A stretch of DNA of 64,000 nt from Candidatus Iainarchaeum sp. (GCA_016699555.1 CP064981.1:761603-825602); one strand, 5' to 3'. Shown: positions 9,334 through 19,143, numbered from the stretch's first letter. The notes: generated from the letters alone by a model not told the origin. Numbers and translations are program-made.

Positions 9334-9367
9334 GACTATGATTTAGTCAGAAAAGTTAATTAGCCAT

Positions 9368-9420
9368 TGGGTGTCGCGAAGCGATACCCATTCTCGAGGC
9401 GGCCTGCCGAAACAGGCCTA
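9368..9420 (+). repeat. composite hairpin element copy A: TGGGTGTCGC-GAA-GCGATACCCA followed by TTCTCGAGGCGGCCTGCCGAAACAGGCCTA
   Basis: 28-30 nt core identical (1 mismatch) to 32805-32834 and reverse-complement of 7707-7732; sits at 3' end of gene 9418-9978 (minus). Confidence 0.7.
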
Positions 9421-9978
9421 GAACTTCCAATTCCAGTCGTGCTGGTGCTTGAAGAAGAGATATGCGAGGTGGATCCAGGAAAGCACGAATGGAAAAATCA
9501 AGAACGAAATGCTGGGACCGATCAACGTGCTCGCAGAGGTTTGGACGTTCTCGGCGACGAAGAATGTAATCACCGTATTCGCGTAAGCGGGGGAAGGGAC
9601 CGCATCCACTGCCTGCAGTATTTGGACAATAGGGAATACGGGAGAAAATGTAAGCAAAACGCTAATCAGACTGGTGAAAAAAATAGCGATGGTGAGGGCA
9701 TTTTTTTGGATGTACACGTTTCCGAGCCCGGGCAATAAGAGATTGGAGAAAATAGTAACGAAAATGGATTTCTGTCCCGCATTCTTTTGCATCTTGCGCG
9801 CGTTCGATTGGATGGCTTTCCAGTCTTTCTTGACATTGATGGGGCGCTCTTTCTGCGTGACGGGCCAGATCTTGCTGCGCTTGAAGTGCCCCAACTCATT
9901 GACGTCAAAATCTTCCGGATCAAACGTCTGGGCCTGTGCCAATTTGCGTTTTGCATTTCTCTTCGAAGAGCGCTTCAT
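9418..9978 (-). CDS. integral membrane protein, hypothetical (TM2-like GxG..Y motif)
   Basis: Basic N-terminus then 3-4 TM helices; LLLPGLGNVYIQKN resembles TM2-domain small membrane proteins. Confidence 0.45.
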   Translation of the reverse strand: MKRSSKRNAKRKLAQAQTFDPEDFDVNELGHFKRSKIWPVTQKERPINVKKDWKAIQSNARKMQKNAGQKSIFVTIFSNLLLPGLGNVYIQKNALTIAIFFTSLISVLLTFSPVFPIVQILQAVDAVPSPAYANTVITFFVAENVQTSASTLIGPSISFLIFPFVLSWIHLAYLFFKHQHDWNWKF

Positions 9979-10143
9979 TCTCCAGAGCAGAAAATCAGAC
10001 TATATAAAAGAGGCATTCGCATGCGCGAAAGTAAATGAAAAAGTGGAAACGAACAAAATCAGCGCAATAAATCCATTCGGGCCGGAAAACAACTTGCGTC
10101 CGGAAAACTCATTGGGTTACTGCTTACAATTGGACACTAGAAA

Positions 10144-10380
10144 CTAGTATCCGGTTGTTTGCTTCTGCTGCATGTAGCAATCTCGGCAGAACACAGGTCT
10201 TCCGGCTTTGGGCTGGAAAGGAACTTGTGTGGCTTTACCGCACTTACTGCATGTTGCATCGTACATCTGGCGAGGACCTTGTTGAAAGTCTCCGCGAGGT
10301 TGGAATGCCATTCTTTTCGACTCCTTTTTTACTAATCTCAGACCTTTTGAGGGGCCTAAGTAACCAATTATCCGTTCCAA
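10144..10380 (-). CDS. small zinc-ribbon protein (CxxC...CxxC)
   Basis: 78 aa; CSKCGKATQVPFQPKAGRPVFCRDC. Confidence 0.5.
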   Translation of the reverse strand: MERIIGYLGPSKGLRLVKKESKRMAFQPRGDFQQGPRQMYDATCSKCGKATQVPFQPKAGRPVFCRDCYMQQKQTTGY

Positions 10381-10453
10381 GGAGTTATAAAGTCATGGAT
10401 GGAAAGACGCCAAAAAGGCCAATTCAGGCTTAAAATGCTATAAAAACCCATGA

Positions 10454-11161
10454 TTAGGCTTTTTGGAAAAGTGCATCGACCCAAGTCACGATGATGATTC
10501 TGCCTTGGATGTCACTTATGGAAAATAACCCCAGGGATCCGCTGTCCGTACTGGCATTACGGTTATCCCCCATCACCACTACTTTTCCGCTTGGAACCCT
10601 GAATTGAGTGGTACGCAGCTGCTCCATGAGCACGTCATAATGCTGCGAATCCGCACGCTCAAGGAGGTAGGGTTCGAGGAGGAGGGAGTCATTCAGGTAT
10701 AGCTGTCCCTCCCGCAACTCCAGCTTGTCCCCCGGCAATGCAATCACGCGTTTGGCCAGGGGGATTACAGAGGCAACCTGCACGATATCCCCATGCGCAA
10801 GAGGATTATCAGCATAATAGCCCGCGATGAAGAGCACGCGCTGATTGCTTTGAAGCGTGGGATTCATGGAATTGCCCACGACTTGGACAAACGAACACGC
10901 GTGAGAATGGCAATACTTCTGATATATCGCGGGAAAGAACTCCAAACCGGCTTTGGATTCGAGGAAATAAATGCCCCCAATCGCTGCAACGAGGAGAATG
11001 AGCAAGGCCGCTCCTACTCCCAACACCCATCCATGCGATTGCATGTGCAACAGAACATGAGCGGCAATAAAAATGAAGGGATAAAAGAAAGTGCACGCAG
11101 GCGAACGCGCAGAAAAGAGAACATGGGGCATCAACGCAGTTGATACCCTTTCTCGCTCCAA
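10454..11161 (-). CDS. signal peptidase I (S26 family, Ser-Lys type)
   Basis: Box B VVGNSMNPTL, box D AKRVIALPGD, box E GDNRNASTDS; N-terminal TM anchors; true start may be an internal Met. Confidence 0.75.
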   Translation of the reverse strand: MERERVSTALMPHVLFSARSPACTFFYPFIFIAAHVLLHMQSHGWVLGVGAALLILLVAAIGGIYFLESKAGLEFFPAIYQKYCHSHACSFVQVVGNSMNPTLQSNQRVLFIAGYYADNPLAHGDIVQVASVIPLAKRVIALPGDKLELREGQLYLNDSLLLEPYLLERADSQHYDVLMEQLRTTQFRVPSGKVVVMGDNRNASTDSGSLGLFSISDIQGRIIIVTWVDALFQKA

Positions 11162-11178
11162 ACCGCCGAAACGGTTTA

Positions 11179-11262
11179 TGCACGAGGGCGGATTCGAACC
11201 GCCGAAGACACTAAGTCACCAGATCTTGAGTCTGGCGCGTTTGACCGCTTCGCTACCCGTGC
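11179..11262 (-). tRNA. tRNA-Leu (anticodon CAA), class II
   Basis: Acceptor GCACGGG/CUCGUGC + A73, D-stem GCG/CGC, anticodon stem CCAGA/UCUGG, loop CUCAAGA, variable stem-loop GAC..GUC, T-arm GGCGG-UUCGAAU-CCGCC. Confidence 0.85.
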
Positions 11263-11293
11263 ATGGGCGATTTCGTCCGCCCGATACGAGATC

Positions 11294-11347
11294 CAGGTGC
11301 CGCGTATGGCGACACCTGTCCTTTGATGAACCTTTATCTAAAGGTTC
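11294..11347. repeat. hairpin pair upstream of tRNA-Leu: CAGGTGCCGC-GTATG-GCGACACCTG then TTTGATGAACCTTT-ATC-TAAAGGTTC
   Basis: Second hairpin with TTTGATGA prefix recurs at 36784-36811; first resembles CAGGTGC hairpin at 7740. Confidence 0.5.
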
Positions 11348-11392
11348 AGGAGAAACCATAAAAAGGCATGGATTTGGCCCCTTGCGCAGTTA

Positions 11393-12133
11393 ATGGCTTT
11401 TATTCCAAAATACCCCCATTACGGCATGGCAGTCTATGGAAAAGGGAGGAAAGGAAGGCCCATCCCGCAAGCGCGTGCGCTAGGACAAGTGTTTCGGTCG
11501 TGGCACCGAGCTCCGATCATTGAGCCCTCTGCTAATCACCGTCGCTTTGAAGCCATCGGCGCGGTGTTCTCTCACCAACTACGCTTTCCCATCGGAAAAT
11601 GGATCAACAAGCGCTTCCGCAAAACAGGCAAACCCGCAGTCGTGGTGGAATGGGGCTGCCGCTCGGGGCAGGCAATCGATTATCTCACGCACCAATATGG
11701 GGATCGCATCCAGGCATATGGGTATTCCATACAGAGCCACCCCGAATGGGAACACAACAGCCGCGTGAAATTCATCTGGAACGACCCCTTCAAGATGTTG
11801 CGCTATTTCAAGAAAGGAAGCGTCGACCTCATCTATTCGCGATTTGGATTATTCCAATTTTTTCCTCAAATGCATGGGACACGCGCCTCCGATCCAGTAA
11901 CGGCCAATCCATCCCTTGCGATCGATTATATCCACCGCCTCGGGGAACGATTGCGCGTGGGAGGGGTATTAGTGACGCACGTCAATGATGGATTAATCGG
12001 CCCCCTCTCGCTTTTCAACTGGAAAGCCGCCGGGTTCAAGTTCCGGTTACATGGGCGATTCAATTATGTGAATCCAAGAACGAGGAGCGCTAACAGTGTT
12101 CCCCCGCGCATCACGCTCGAGCGAGTGGCTTGA
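11393..12133 (+). CDS. SAM-dependent methyltransferase-like protein, hypothetical
   Basis: VVEWGCRSGQAIDYL resembles MTase motif I; first ~10 codons overlap the hairpin repeat so real start may be 11426. Confidence 0.4.
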   Translation: MAFIPKYPHYGMAVYGKGRKGRPIPQARALGQVFRSWHRAPIIEPSANHRRFEAIGAVFSHQLRFPIGKWINKRFRKTGKPAVVVEWGCRSGQAIDYLTHQYGDRIQAYGYSIQSHPEWEHNSRVKFIWNDPFKMLRYFKKGSVDLIYSRFGLFQFFPQMHGTRASDPVTANPSLAIDYIHRLGERLRVGGVLVTHVNDGLIGPLSLFNWKAAGFKFRLHGRFNYVNPRTRSANSVPPRITLERVA

Positions 12134-12862
12134 TCACGCATGGGCATTGAGCCAGTCCAAAACTTCTTGCTTGAGCGTTTGCCGTGCATCGAACATCCGC
12201 GCGCCATGACCGGCATCTTCGATCGTCAGCAATTGCTTGTCCGCGATGGTAGCGCTAGTGAACAGCGTCTGGCTGCTCTGTGCAGCATAATGATCCTCTT
12301 GGCTCGCCACAATCAGCATGGGACAACGCGTGGATTGGGCCGCTGCTAATGTAGTAAGACCGCGATAGTCCAACCCCGGAGAGAGTAGCACCACTCCTGC
12401 GCAACTGCTTTCATCCGCCCCATAATTGAGCGCGGCATTTGCACCGATGCTGGCCCCTACCACGAGCACTTTCTCCACATTCAAATAATCCCGCGCCGCT
12501 TGGATGTCTCCCGCGACCAATTGCCAATCGGCAGGAGTGAAATCGAGATAGGTCGCATTCCCGGGGCGCGATTCGCCATGACCGCGCATGTCGAACGATA
12601 AGACGCTAAACCCATTCGCAAAAGCAAACGCGGCAAAATCATCCAAGGAATGGCGATCGCTCCCGAGCTCGTGCACTAGAATGAGCGGTGGGCGCGTCGA
12701 ATCGGGATTATCCCAGCGCGTCCCGATGAGCTTGAATCCATCCGCTCCGCCAAATTCCACTTGTACGCCTTGAAGCACATCCGCGTTCGTGGATGGGCGT
12801 GGAATTACACAACCGCTCAACACGAGCAACGCCAATAGACCGAGAACCAATACCTTACGCAT
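12134..12862 (-). CDS. secreted alpha/beta hydrolase fold lipoprotein
   Basis: Signal peptide + lipobox LSGC, HELGSDRHS, nucleophile elbow GASIG, C-terminal Asp/His region. Confidence 0.6.
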   Translation of the reverse strand: MRKVLVLGLLALLVLSGCVIPRPSTNADVLQGVQVEFGGADGFKLIGTRWDNPDSTRPPLILVHELGSDRHSLDDFAAFAFANGFSVLSFDMRGHGESRPGNATYLDFTPADWQLVAGDIQAARDYLNVEKVLVVGASIGANAALNYGADESSCAGVVLLSPGLDYRGLTTLAAAQSTRCPMLIVASQEDHYAAQSSQTLFTSATIADKQLLTIEDAGHGARMFDARQTLKQEVLDWLNAHA

Positions 12863-13241
12863 GGGTCTTTCGTCCCTCCAATAGTTTTCCGAGTTGCCCA
12901 CGCAGCGCGGGAGAGATGACGGAAATGCCTCCACTCATATTCTGCGCATGCGCAAATCCACGTTCGCGCAGGAATTGAGTCACACCCACACTGCGATTCC
13001 CGTGCGCGCAGAGAACAAGTAGTGGGTGCTCTTTCCCAAAGCGATCGAAATCGGAAGGTTTAGCAGTTGAAAGGGGAAGGGAAATGGAATGCGCGATATG
13101 CTCTTGCTCCCATTCCCAGGGCTCGCGGACATCCACCATCATCGCATGCGGATCGGACTGCAGCAGGGCAAGGGCTTGCTCGGGATTCAGGTGCATGGAT
13201 TGGAAACCATCTTTAGCAGCGACCATACAGCATTTCCCCAT
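12855..13241 (-). CDS. rhodanese-domain sulfurtransferase (single domain)
   Basis: Active-site loop CAHGNRS (Cys-x4-Arg); start at MGKCCM; 8-nt overlap with downstream hydrolase gene. Confidence 0.7.
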   Translation of the reverse strand: MGKCCMVAAKDGFQSMHLNPEQALALLQSDPHAMMVDVREPWEWEQEHIAHSISLPLSTAKPSDFDRFGKEHPLLVLCAHGNRSVGVTQFLRERGFAHAQNMSGGISVISPALRGQLGKLLEGRKTHA

Positions 13242-13280
13242 TCCGAGGAATTTAAAATGAGGTTTTGATTCCCTTAGCGT

Positions 13281-13946
13281 ATGACGGAAACCCCTGCCCA
13301 ACTCAAGGCGCGCTGGAAGAAAATAGAGCACCAACTCGAAAAGCTCTATGCCAACCCCAAAGTAGGGCTGGACTTCCAAAATCCCTTCCAATTGACCATT
13401 GCCACGATCCTGAGCGCCCAATGCACGGACATACGCGTGAACATGGTGACGAAAGAATTATTCAAGAAATACAAGCAACCCGAAGACTTCTTACGCGTTC
13501 CCGGAAAGGAACTGCAGCAGGACATCCGTTCAACGGGCTTCTACAAGAACAAAGCCAAGAACATCCGCGGGTGCTGCCAGCGACTCATTGAGGTGTTCGG
13601 GGGAAAAGTACCCCAAACCATGGAAGAACTTATTACACTCCCGGGCGTTGGAAGGAAGACCGCCAACATCGTATTATGGGCAGGCTATGGAAAACTCGAA
13701 GGAATCGCCGTCGACACGCACGTGTTCCGGGTTTCACGACGACTGGGATTGGCAAAGGGAAACAATCCCCAAAAAGTAGAACAAGAACTCGTGCAGATCG
13801 TGGACAAACCCAAATGGGGAACGTTCACGGACGTACTCATCTGGCATGGCCGAAAAGTATGCGACGCGCGCCTGCCCAAGTGCACGCCATGCGTCCTATT
13901 CAAAAACAAATTATGCCCCCGAATAGGAGTAGTCAAGCATGCGTAG
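13281..13946 (+). CDS. nth: endonuclease III (HhH-GPD, 4Fe-4S)
   Basis: HhH LPGVGRKTANIVL, catalytic region, C-terminal C-x6-C-x2-C-x5-C (CDARLPKCTPCVLFKNKLC). Confidence 0.85.
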   Translation: MTETPAQLKARWKKIEHQLEKLYANPKVGLDFQNPFQLTIATILSAQCTDIRVNMVTKELFKKYKQPEDFLRVPGKELQQDIRSTGFYKNKAKNIRGCCQRLIEVFGGKVPQTMEELITLPGVGRKTANIVLWAGYGKLEGIAVDTHVFRVSRRLGLAKGNNPQKVEQELVQIVDKPKWGTFTDVLIWHGRKVCDARLPKCTPCVLFKNKLCPRIGVVKHA

Positions 13947-14562
13947 CCTGATTTATGTCATGGGATTGCTTTCCATCCTCCTCTTCCTGAGCGGATGCAT
14001 CACCACCGAGAATCAAGAATTCCACGCGCATGCGGATTTTGCACTATTCATCGACGGACAGCGCATGGACTTCAATCGCGCCGCATTCATGAGCGATGCG
14101 AATACGCAATTGGATGGGTTGACGCACTTGCATGATTTCAACCCTTTTGTCATCCACTACCACGCGCAAAACATCCCATTGAAGCGCTTCTTCAATAGCT
14201 TGGACATGAAATGGCAAGACGATTGCTTTACTATTGGGAACCAAACCCCATTGTGCAACGATACTGCAACGGGAAAGAGTTGGAAGCTCTATGTGAACGG
14301 CCAACTCAATCCCCAGAATGAAAATTATATCGCCAAGGACTTGGATCGCATCCTGATCGCGTATGGGAATAACACCCCCCAGGAATTGCACGACCTCTTG
14401 AATGCCGTTACGGATGTGGCATGCATCCAATCCAGCAAATGCCCCGAGCGTGGTACACCGACTAATGAGACATGCACGACTGCGGGGGGATGCTCCCTCG
14501 ACTTGAACCATCTCGCCGCAAAGACATGCATCGGCGTCGGATCCATCAAGTATTGCTTTTGA
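13939..14562 (+). CDS. secreted Cys-rich lipoprotein, hypothetical
   Basis: Signal peptide + lipobox LSGC; 12 Cys. Confidence 0.45.
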   Translation: MRSLIYVMGLLSILLFLSGCITTENQEFHAHADFALFIDGQRMDFNRAAFMSDANTQLDGLTHLHDFNPFVIHYHAQNIPLKRFFNSLDMKWQDDCFTIGNQTPLCNDTATGKSWKLYVNGQLNPQNENYIAKDLDRILIAYGNNTPQELHDLLNAVTDVACIQSSKCPERGTPTNETCTTAGGCSLDLNHLAAKTCIGVGSIKYCF

Positions 14563-14601
14563 CCCACGCCCTTAAAGATTCCGCGTACCGGAAAAAATCC
14601 T

Positions 14602-15126
14602 ATGGAAGTACGCGGCCGCATCCAAGACATCGCTGAGACTCATCGCCTCATCGCCGAGTTGGGGGGAATCAAACTCAACACCTACGCATTCGAGGATCGC
14701 ATCTATTTTTTGCCCGGAACCACTTCACTCGAAAAAGGATACGTGCGCATCCGCTCTCCCCCGGGATATGACAATTCCCAGCGCTTTCAGATCACCAAGA
14801 AAATAACACAGGATGGGCAGCGACTGGAAGTGTATCGCAGCTTTGCCAGCGACCTCGAACGCGCAAAAGCCAAGATCGCAGGGCACTGGATCGCATGCAT
14901 CATCGCCCGAAAAGGAACGCAATACCGACTAGGCAATGGGCTGATGTATGTGGAAGAAATCGAAGAATTCGGGAATAGCATCGAAGCCCTTTACTCCAGC
15001 GAAGTCGAAGGCAGGGAATGGCTGCACCAACTGAATGCCACGGAAATATCCATGCACTCCATGCCCTTGCAATTCATGATCCATAAAAATATGCCCAAGC
15101 ATGAGCCCGCCCCAAAACCTAATTAA
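14602..15126 (+). CDS. CYTH-like domain protein (triphosphate tunnel metalloenzyme family), tentative
   Basis: N-terminal EVRGRI...E pattern reminiscent of CYTH ExExK start; 174 aa; weak. Confidence 0.35.
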   Translation: MEVRGRIQDIAETHRLIAELGGIKLNTYAFEDRIYFLPGTTSLEKGYVRIRSPPGYDNSQRFQITKKITQDGQRLEVYRSFASDLERAKAKIAGHWIACIIARKGTQYRLGNGLMYVEEIEEFGNSIEALYSSEVEGREWLHQLNATEISMHSMPLQFMIHKNMPKHEPAPKPN

Positions 15127-15148
15127 GCCCTCCAACCCCTTTTTGCGC

Positions 15149-16873
15149 ATGGCCATCAATAAAGAAATTGCAGCCATCTTCTATGCCATCGCCGATCTGC
15201 TCGACTTGCAAGGAGTCGAATGGAAACCCATTGCATTCCGCAAAGCCGCACGGACGCTGGAGAATTATTCCGAGCCCATGGACAAAATCGTCAAAGCAAA
15301 AGGAATCAAAGGCGTGATGGAACTTCCCGGAATCGGAGAAGGGATTGGAAAAAAGATCGTGCAGTACGTCGAAGAAGGAAAGATCGATGAATATGAAGAG
15401 CTGAAGAAAGAGATTCCTGCCGGCGTACGCCTCATGCTGAATGTCCCCGGAATGGGCCCCAAAAAAGCCGCTCGCCTCTACAAGGAACTCAAAATCGACT
15501 CGCTCGAAAAACTCGAGGCATTCGCCAAAGAAGGAAAAATACGCGCACTGAGCGGATTCGGAGAAAAGAGCGAGCAAGATATCCTCATGGGATTGGAGCT
15601 GGTCAAGAAAGGACAAGAACGCAAGCTCATGGGAATCATCCTCCCCTACGCGCGCGAGCTCGCAAAAAAAATCAATTCCATCCCGGGAGTGCAACGCGTC
15701 GAACTCGCGGGGAGCCTGCGCCGACGCAGAGAGACGGTCAAGGACATCGACATCCTCGCGCTCGCAAAAGATGGAAAGAAAGTCATGGATGCATTCGTGA
15801 AGCTGCCCGATGTTGAGAAAGTGGTCTCCAAAGGAGACACCAAAACAGCCGTCATCCTCAAGATGGGACTGAATTGCGACCTACGCGTGCTTTCGCCGGA
15901 AGTCTATGGCGCGGGACTGGTGCACTTCACGGGAAGCAAAGAACACAACGTCGCATTGCGCATGCTGGCCATCAAGAAAGGGATGAAATTGGACGAGTAT
16001 GGGCTCTTCGACAACAAAAGCGGCAAAAACCTCGCGTGCAAGAACGAAGAAGACGTCTATGCGCGCTTGGGCATGCAATACATCCCTCCCGAGATGCGCG
16101 AGAATACTGGCGAGATCGAGCTCGCGCAACAGAAAAAAATACCCGAGCTCATCGGCTATGACGCCATCCATGGGGATTTGCACACCCACACGAATTGGAG
16201 CGATGGCGCCAACACCACGGAAGAAATGGTCGTGCGCGCCGTAGAACTCGGATACGACTACTATGCGATTACCGACCACTCCAAGAGCGACGTCATCGCC
16301 AATGGACTGAATGAAAAACGCGTCAAAGAACACTTCAAGGAAATTGACGCGCTGCAAAAGAAATTCCCACAGATCCAATTGCTGAAAGGGGCGGAAGTAG
16401 CCATCTTGAGCAACGGGAAATTGGACTATGGCGCTGAAACCCTCAAGGAGATGGACATCGTCGTCGGAAGCATCCACTCCGGGTTCAAGACCCCACCCAA
16501 AGAGATGACCAAGCGCCTGCTCACGGCGATGGAAAATGAATACCTCACCTTTCTCGGACACCCTACCGGTAGGCTCCTGAACCAGCGCAATCCCTATGAG
16601 TATGACATCGAAAAAATACTCGAAACCGCCGCATCCAACCGCATCGCCGTCGAAGTGAATGCGTTTCCCTCGCGCATGGACTTCGACGCCGATCACATCC
16701 GGCTGGCGCTGCAAAAGAAAGTCAAGCTCGTCATCAATACCGACTCCCACTCCACCCAAAATCTGGACTTCATGGAGTTCGGCATCGCACAAGCGCGCAG
16801 GGGATGGGCGAAAAAAGAGGACGTGCTCAATGCGCTGCCCTGGAAAGCATTCCAAAGAGAAGTATTGCGTTAG
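15149..16873 (+). CDS. polX: DNA polymerase X family protein with C-terminal PHP phosphoesterase domain
   Basis: Pol beta-like HhH and nucleotidyltransferase (GSLRRRRETVKDIDIL) regions, C-terminal PHP HGDLHTHTNWSDG; start at MAINKEIAAIF. Confidence 0.85.
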   Translation: MAINKEIAAIFYAIADLLDLQGVEWKPIAFRKAARTLENYSEPMDKIVKAKGIKGVMELPGIGEGIGKKIVQYVEEGKIDEYEELKKEIPAGVRLMLNVPGMGPKKAARLYKELKIDSLEKLEAFAKEGKIRALSGFGEKSEQDILMGLELVKKGQERKLMGIILPYARELAKKINSIPGVQRVELAGSLRRRRETVKDIDILALAKDGKKVMDAFVKLPDVEKVVSKGDTKTAVILKMGLNCDLRVLSPEVYGAGLVHFTGSKEHNVALRMLAIKKGMKLDEYGLFDNKSGKNLACKNEEDVYARLGMQYIPPEMRENTGEIELAQQKKIPELIGYDAIHGDLHTHTNWSDGANTTEEMVVRAVELGYDYYAITDHSKSDVIANGLNEKRVKEHFKEIDALQKKFPQIQLLKGAEVAILSNGKLDYGAETLKEMDIVVGSIHSGFKTPPKEMTKRLLTAMENEYLTFLGHPTGRLLNQRNPYEYDIEKILETAASNRIAVEVNAFPSRMDFDADHIRLALQKKVKLVINTDSHSTQNLDFMEFGIAQARRGWAKKEDVLNALPWKAFQREVLR

Positions 16874-17150
16874 CCGCATACAGGCAGGATGAAAAAATAC
16901 TCTTTTTTTCTCGGAAAGAGAAAAAATAATCCAGTTTTTCCTTGTTGTGCAAAAAATTTCTCATGCGCCGATATGTATAACGAGCCAAAAAGTAGATTTA
17001 AAAGTGCAACTCATGGAACTGTATGGATTCACCCGCGATGTTGGCGTTGTTTTTTCGCCGATTACGGGCAATTACCTACGCATTTACCTACAGATTCGAT
17101 TCAGTTATCAGAGCCAACTCAGTCATCAAACTTCCCAGACGTGATATGCC

Positions 17151-17957
17151 ATGATGTCCATCCCCGTAATGAAAACATTCACCGAAAACCTCCACCAATT
17201 ATGTATCGATTTCCAGCAGAACGTCAAAGAGAGCGAGCACCCCAGCATCGATAAGAAAGTACAGCTCTCCGCGGAGACGCTCGAACAATTCCTCCTCACC
17301 CAGCAATTCACCCCCATTCAAGAGAATACGCTCCTGAAATTGGATTCAATCGCCCAACTCGTCCCCCAAACGCAGGCGGCCTATCGCTATTACCAAGAAG
17401 ACCTGGAACGCTCCTATGCCCAAGAGCTCGTGGCCAATAACGAGTCCGAACTCGATTTCACCCACTCCCACCTGCGCCGCGAGGGATTATTGGCATCGAA
17501 AGAAGCGCATTTCTCCAACCTCAGCGAACACGATCGCGTGCTGGTCATCGGAACGGGTTATTTCCCCCTGCATGCCATGGTCTATGCCGGGCAGTTCAAT
17601 GCCAAAGTCATCGGACTCGAGACCCAGCAGCACGTCCGCGAGCATGCGACGCGTGTGGTGGAAAGCATGGAGATGGGCAACCAAATCAAGATCCAGGATA
17701 TCCGCAACCTCTATGCGCAAGCCGCCAAAGCCAATGTCATTTTCGTGTCGCGCGACATGAACGATAAAGTGCCACTCATCAATTCCCTCGCCGAACACCT
17801 CAAACCCGGAACGCGTGTGATGTGCCGCACCGGGTTTGGGTTGCGCGCCATGTTGCATGCGCACGTCCCCCACAAGCAATTGCAGGGATTCACGCAAATG
17901 GGCGTATTGGATGCAGGAAAGAGCAGCTTGCAGAGCTCGCTCTGCTTATTACGCTAA
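17151..17957 (+). CDS. nicotianamine synthase-like protein (archaeal NAS/CntL-like)
   Basis: RVLVIGTGYFPLHAMVYA ~ NAS KVAFVGSGPLPLTSIVLA; HLKPGTRVMCRTGFGLRAMLHAHV ~ NAS HL.K.MAPGA.L.LRSAHGARAFLYP.V; ~120 aa N-terminal extension. Confidence 0.6.
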   Translation: MMSIPVMKTFTENLHQLCIDFQQNVKESEHPSIDKKVQLSAETLEQFLLTQQFTPIQENTLLKLDSIAQLVPQTQAAYRYYQEDLERSYAQELVANNESELDFTHSHLRREGLLASKEAHFSNLSEHDRVLVIGTGYFPLHAMVYAGQFNAKVIGLETQQHVREHATRVVESMEMGNQIKIQDIRNLYAQAAKANVIFVSRDMNDKVPLINSLAEHLKPGTRVMCRTGFGLRAMLHAHVPHKQLQGFTQMGVLDAGKSSLQSSLCLLR

Positions 17958-17967
17958 AATAAACTCG

Positions 17968-18552
17968 TTACCGCCCACGGGAAACTGTGCGCGCGGCAAT
18001 GGTAAGGTGGTGCCCACAATGAGGACAATACTTATCCCGCCAATCCACTAATTTTTCACACGAGCGACAGCGAATAAACTTCCCAGGAATACGCTTGGGA
18101 TGCTCACGCAACCATTTTTGGGTCTGCATGAGGGATAACAATCGTTGCTCGATCTTCGCGGCATTCGGACCATAGAATATTTGGTGGTGCACCACTTCGT
18201 TGTGCTCATAAGCCAAATGCAATTCCTTTGAAATCACTCCCTTGCTCTCGACTTCCACGAGATCATGCAAGTAGATCTCCAGCACGACCTCGGGATACCG
18301 CAACTGTTCCGCTTGCTTGGTGAGAAAGAGCATGCGCTGCGTCGTCACGGCAATGACGCCACTCATGCGCGACGCGACAGGGACATTTTCCTTCACCGGA
18401 ATGCGTTGCGGCAGCATCCCAAACAAGGGCTTTTCTTCCTCTACCCATTGCGCTTCCAAGCGGAACCCATCCATTTGCATGGGGAAGAAGAATAGCACGG
18501 ACTCGTTGGGATGCAAAAAAATATGCGAGATCCATTCCATGCTCATATGCAT
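17968..18552 (-). CDS. hypothetical protein, possible PH-like N-domain with C-terminal zinc ribbon
   Basis: C-terminal CRSC-x13-CPHC; N-terminal GVIAVTTQRMLFLTK resembles bacterial PH fold; last gene of secreted-protein/SPase operon. Confidence 0.4.
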   Translation of the reverse strand: MHMSMEWISHIFLHPNESVLFFFPMQMDGFRLEAQWVEEEKPLFGMLPQRIPVKENVPVASRMSGVIAVTTQRMLFLTKQAEQLRYPEVVLEIYLHDLVEVESKGVISKELHLAYEHNEVVHHQIFYGPNAAKIEQRLLSLMQTQKWLREHPKRIPGKFIRCRSCEKLVDWRDKYCPHCGHHLTIAARTVSRGR

Positions 18553-18573
18553 GCGAGCCGGAAATTGGACTAT

Positions 18574-19113
18574 TTAATTGGAGACTGCAGGCGGGTTGGT
18601 GCCCACTACCTTGCCTATCACAAATCCCTCATCCACAAACCCATAATCCAGGCTATCAAAGCCAGCCTCGGCGTTATCCGAAATCACAAACACTTTGTGC
18701 AGCGGGACTACGCGCGAGGTAGCGGGAGAAGGATATTTGAACAAAGGAAAGGAATCCGACGTGAATGGTTGGCCGACCGGGTGCGTTAACGCTACCACTC
18801 CATTTACTGCGATATCCCCTGCCGGAGTGATTTGCACATTATCTCCAGGCAAACCAACTAAGCGCTTCACGCGCAAGCTATTGTCGACATTGAAATCGAT
18901 GATGACGATGTCATTGCGTTGCAGGGGAAAGAACGCGTAGTAATCGATCCCGATCCGGATCAAATCCCCCTCACGCAATGCGGGTTCCATCGAGTGCCCA
19001 GAAACGGATTTATCTATGCAAGGGTGAGCGCTACAATAATCGGATGCCATCGAAGCAGTCAGACAGCCGGCAAGGAAAAGGACAAGGGATAAGATCGACA
19101 GTGCGGCGCGCAT
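18574..19113 (-). CDS. signal peptidase I paralog (S26) with lipoprotein-type signal
   Basis: Box B SGHSMEPAL, box D VKRLVGLPGD, box E ISDNAEAGFDS; N-terminus MRAALSILSLVLFLAGC lipobox. Confidence 0.65.
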   Translation of the reverse strand: MRAALSILSLVLFLAGCLTASMASDYCSAHPCIDKSVSGHSMEPALREGDLIRIGIDYYAFFPLQRNDIVIIDFNVDNSLRVKRLVGLPGDNVQITPAGDIAVNGVVALTHPVGQPFTSDSFPLFKYPSPATSRVVPLHKVFVISDNAEAGFDSLDYGFVDEGFVIGKVVGTNPPAVSN

Positions 19114-19143
19114 ACGAGTAGATGTGTGCCGCAGTTTAATGCA

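Noticed and set aside
11321-11350. C/D box sRNA interpretation of the UGAUGA-hairpin element
   Set aside because: No CUGA D box or D'/C' boxes at appropriate spacing on either strand.
15881-16879. 332-aa antisense ORF inside polX; likewise 409-aa antisense ORF inside eno (36910-38139), 319-aa inside traB (45825-46784), 302-aa inside pheS (2596-3504)
   Set aside because: Sense strands encode proteins with unambiguous family motifs; long antisense frames are expected from codon bias.
17030-17080. Fluoride (crcB) riboswitch-like string GCGAUGUUGGCGUU...UUACCUAC in the NAS-like leader
   Set aside because: Only partial resemblance to the crcB consensus (GGCGAUGG.GUUCGCC ... CUAAUGAUUCCUAC); downstream gene is not fluoride-related; likely chance.
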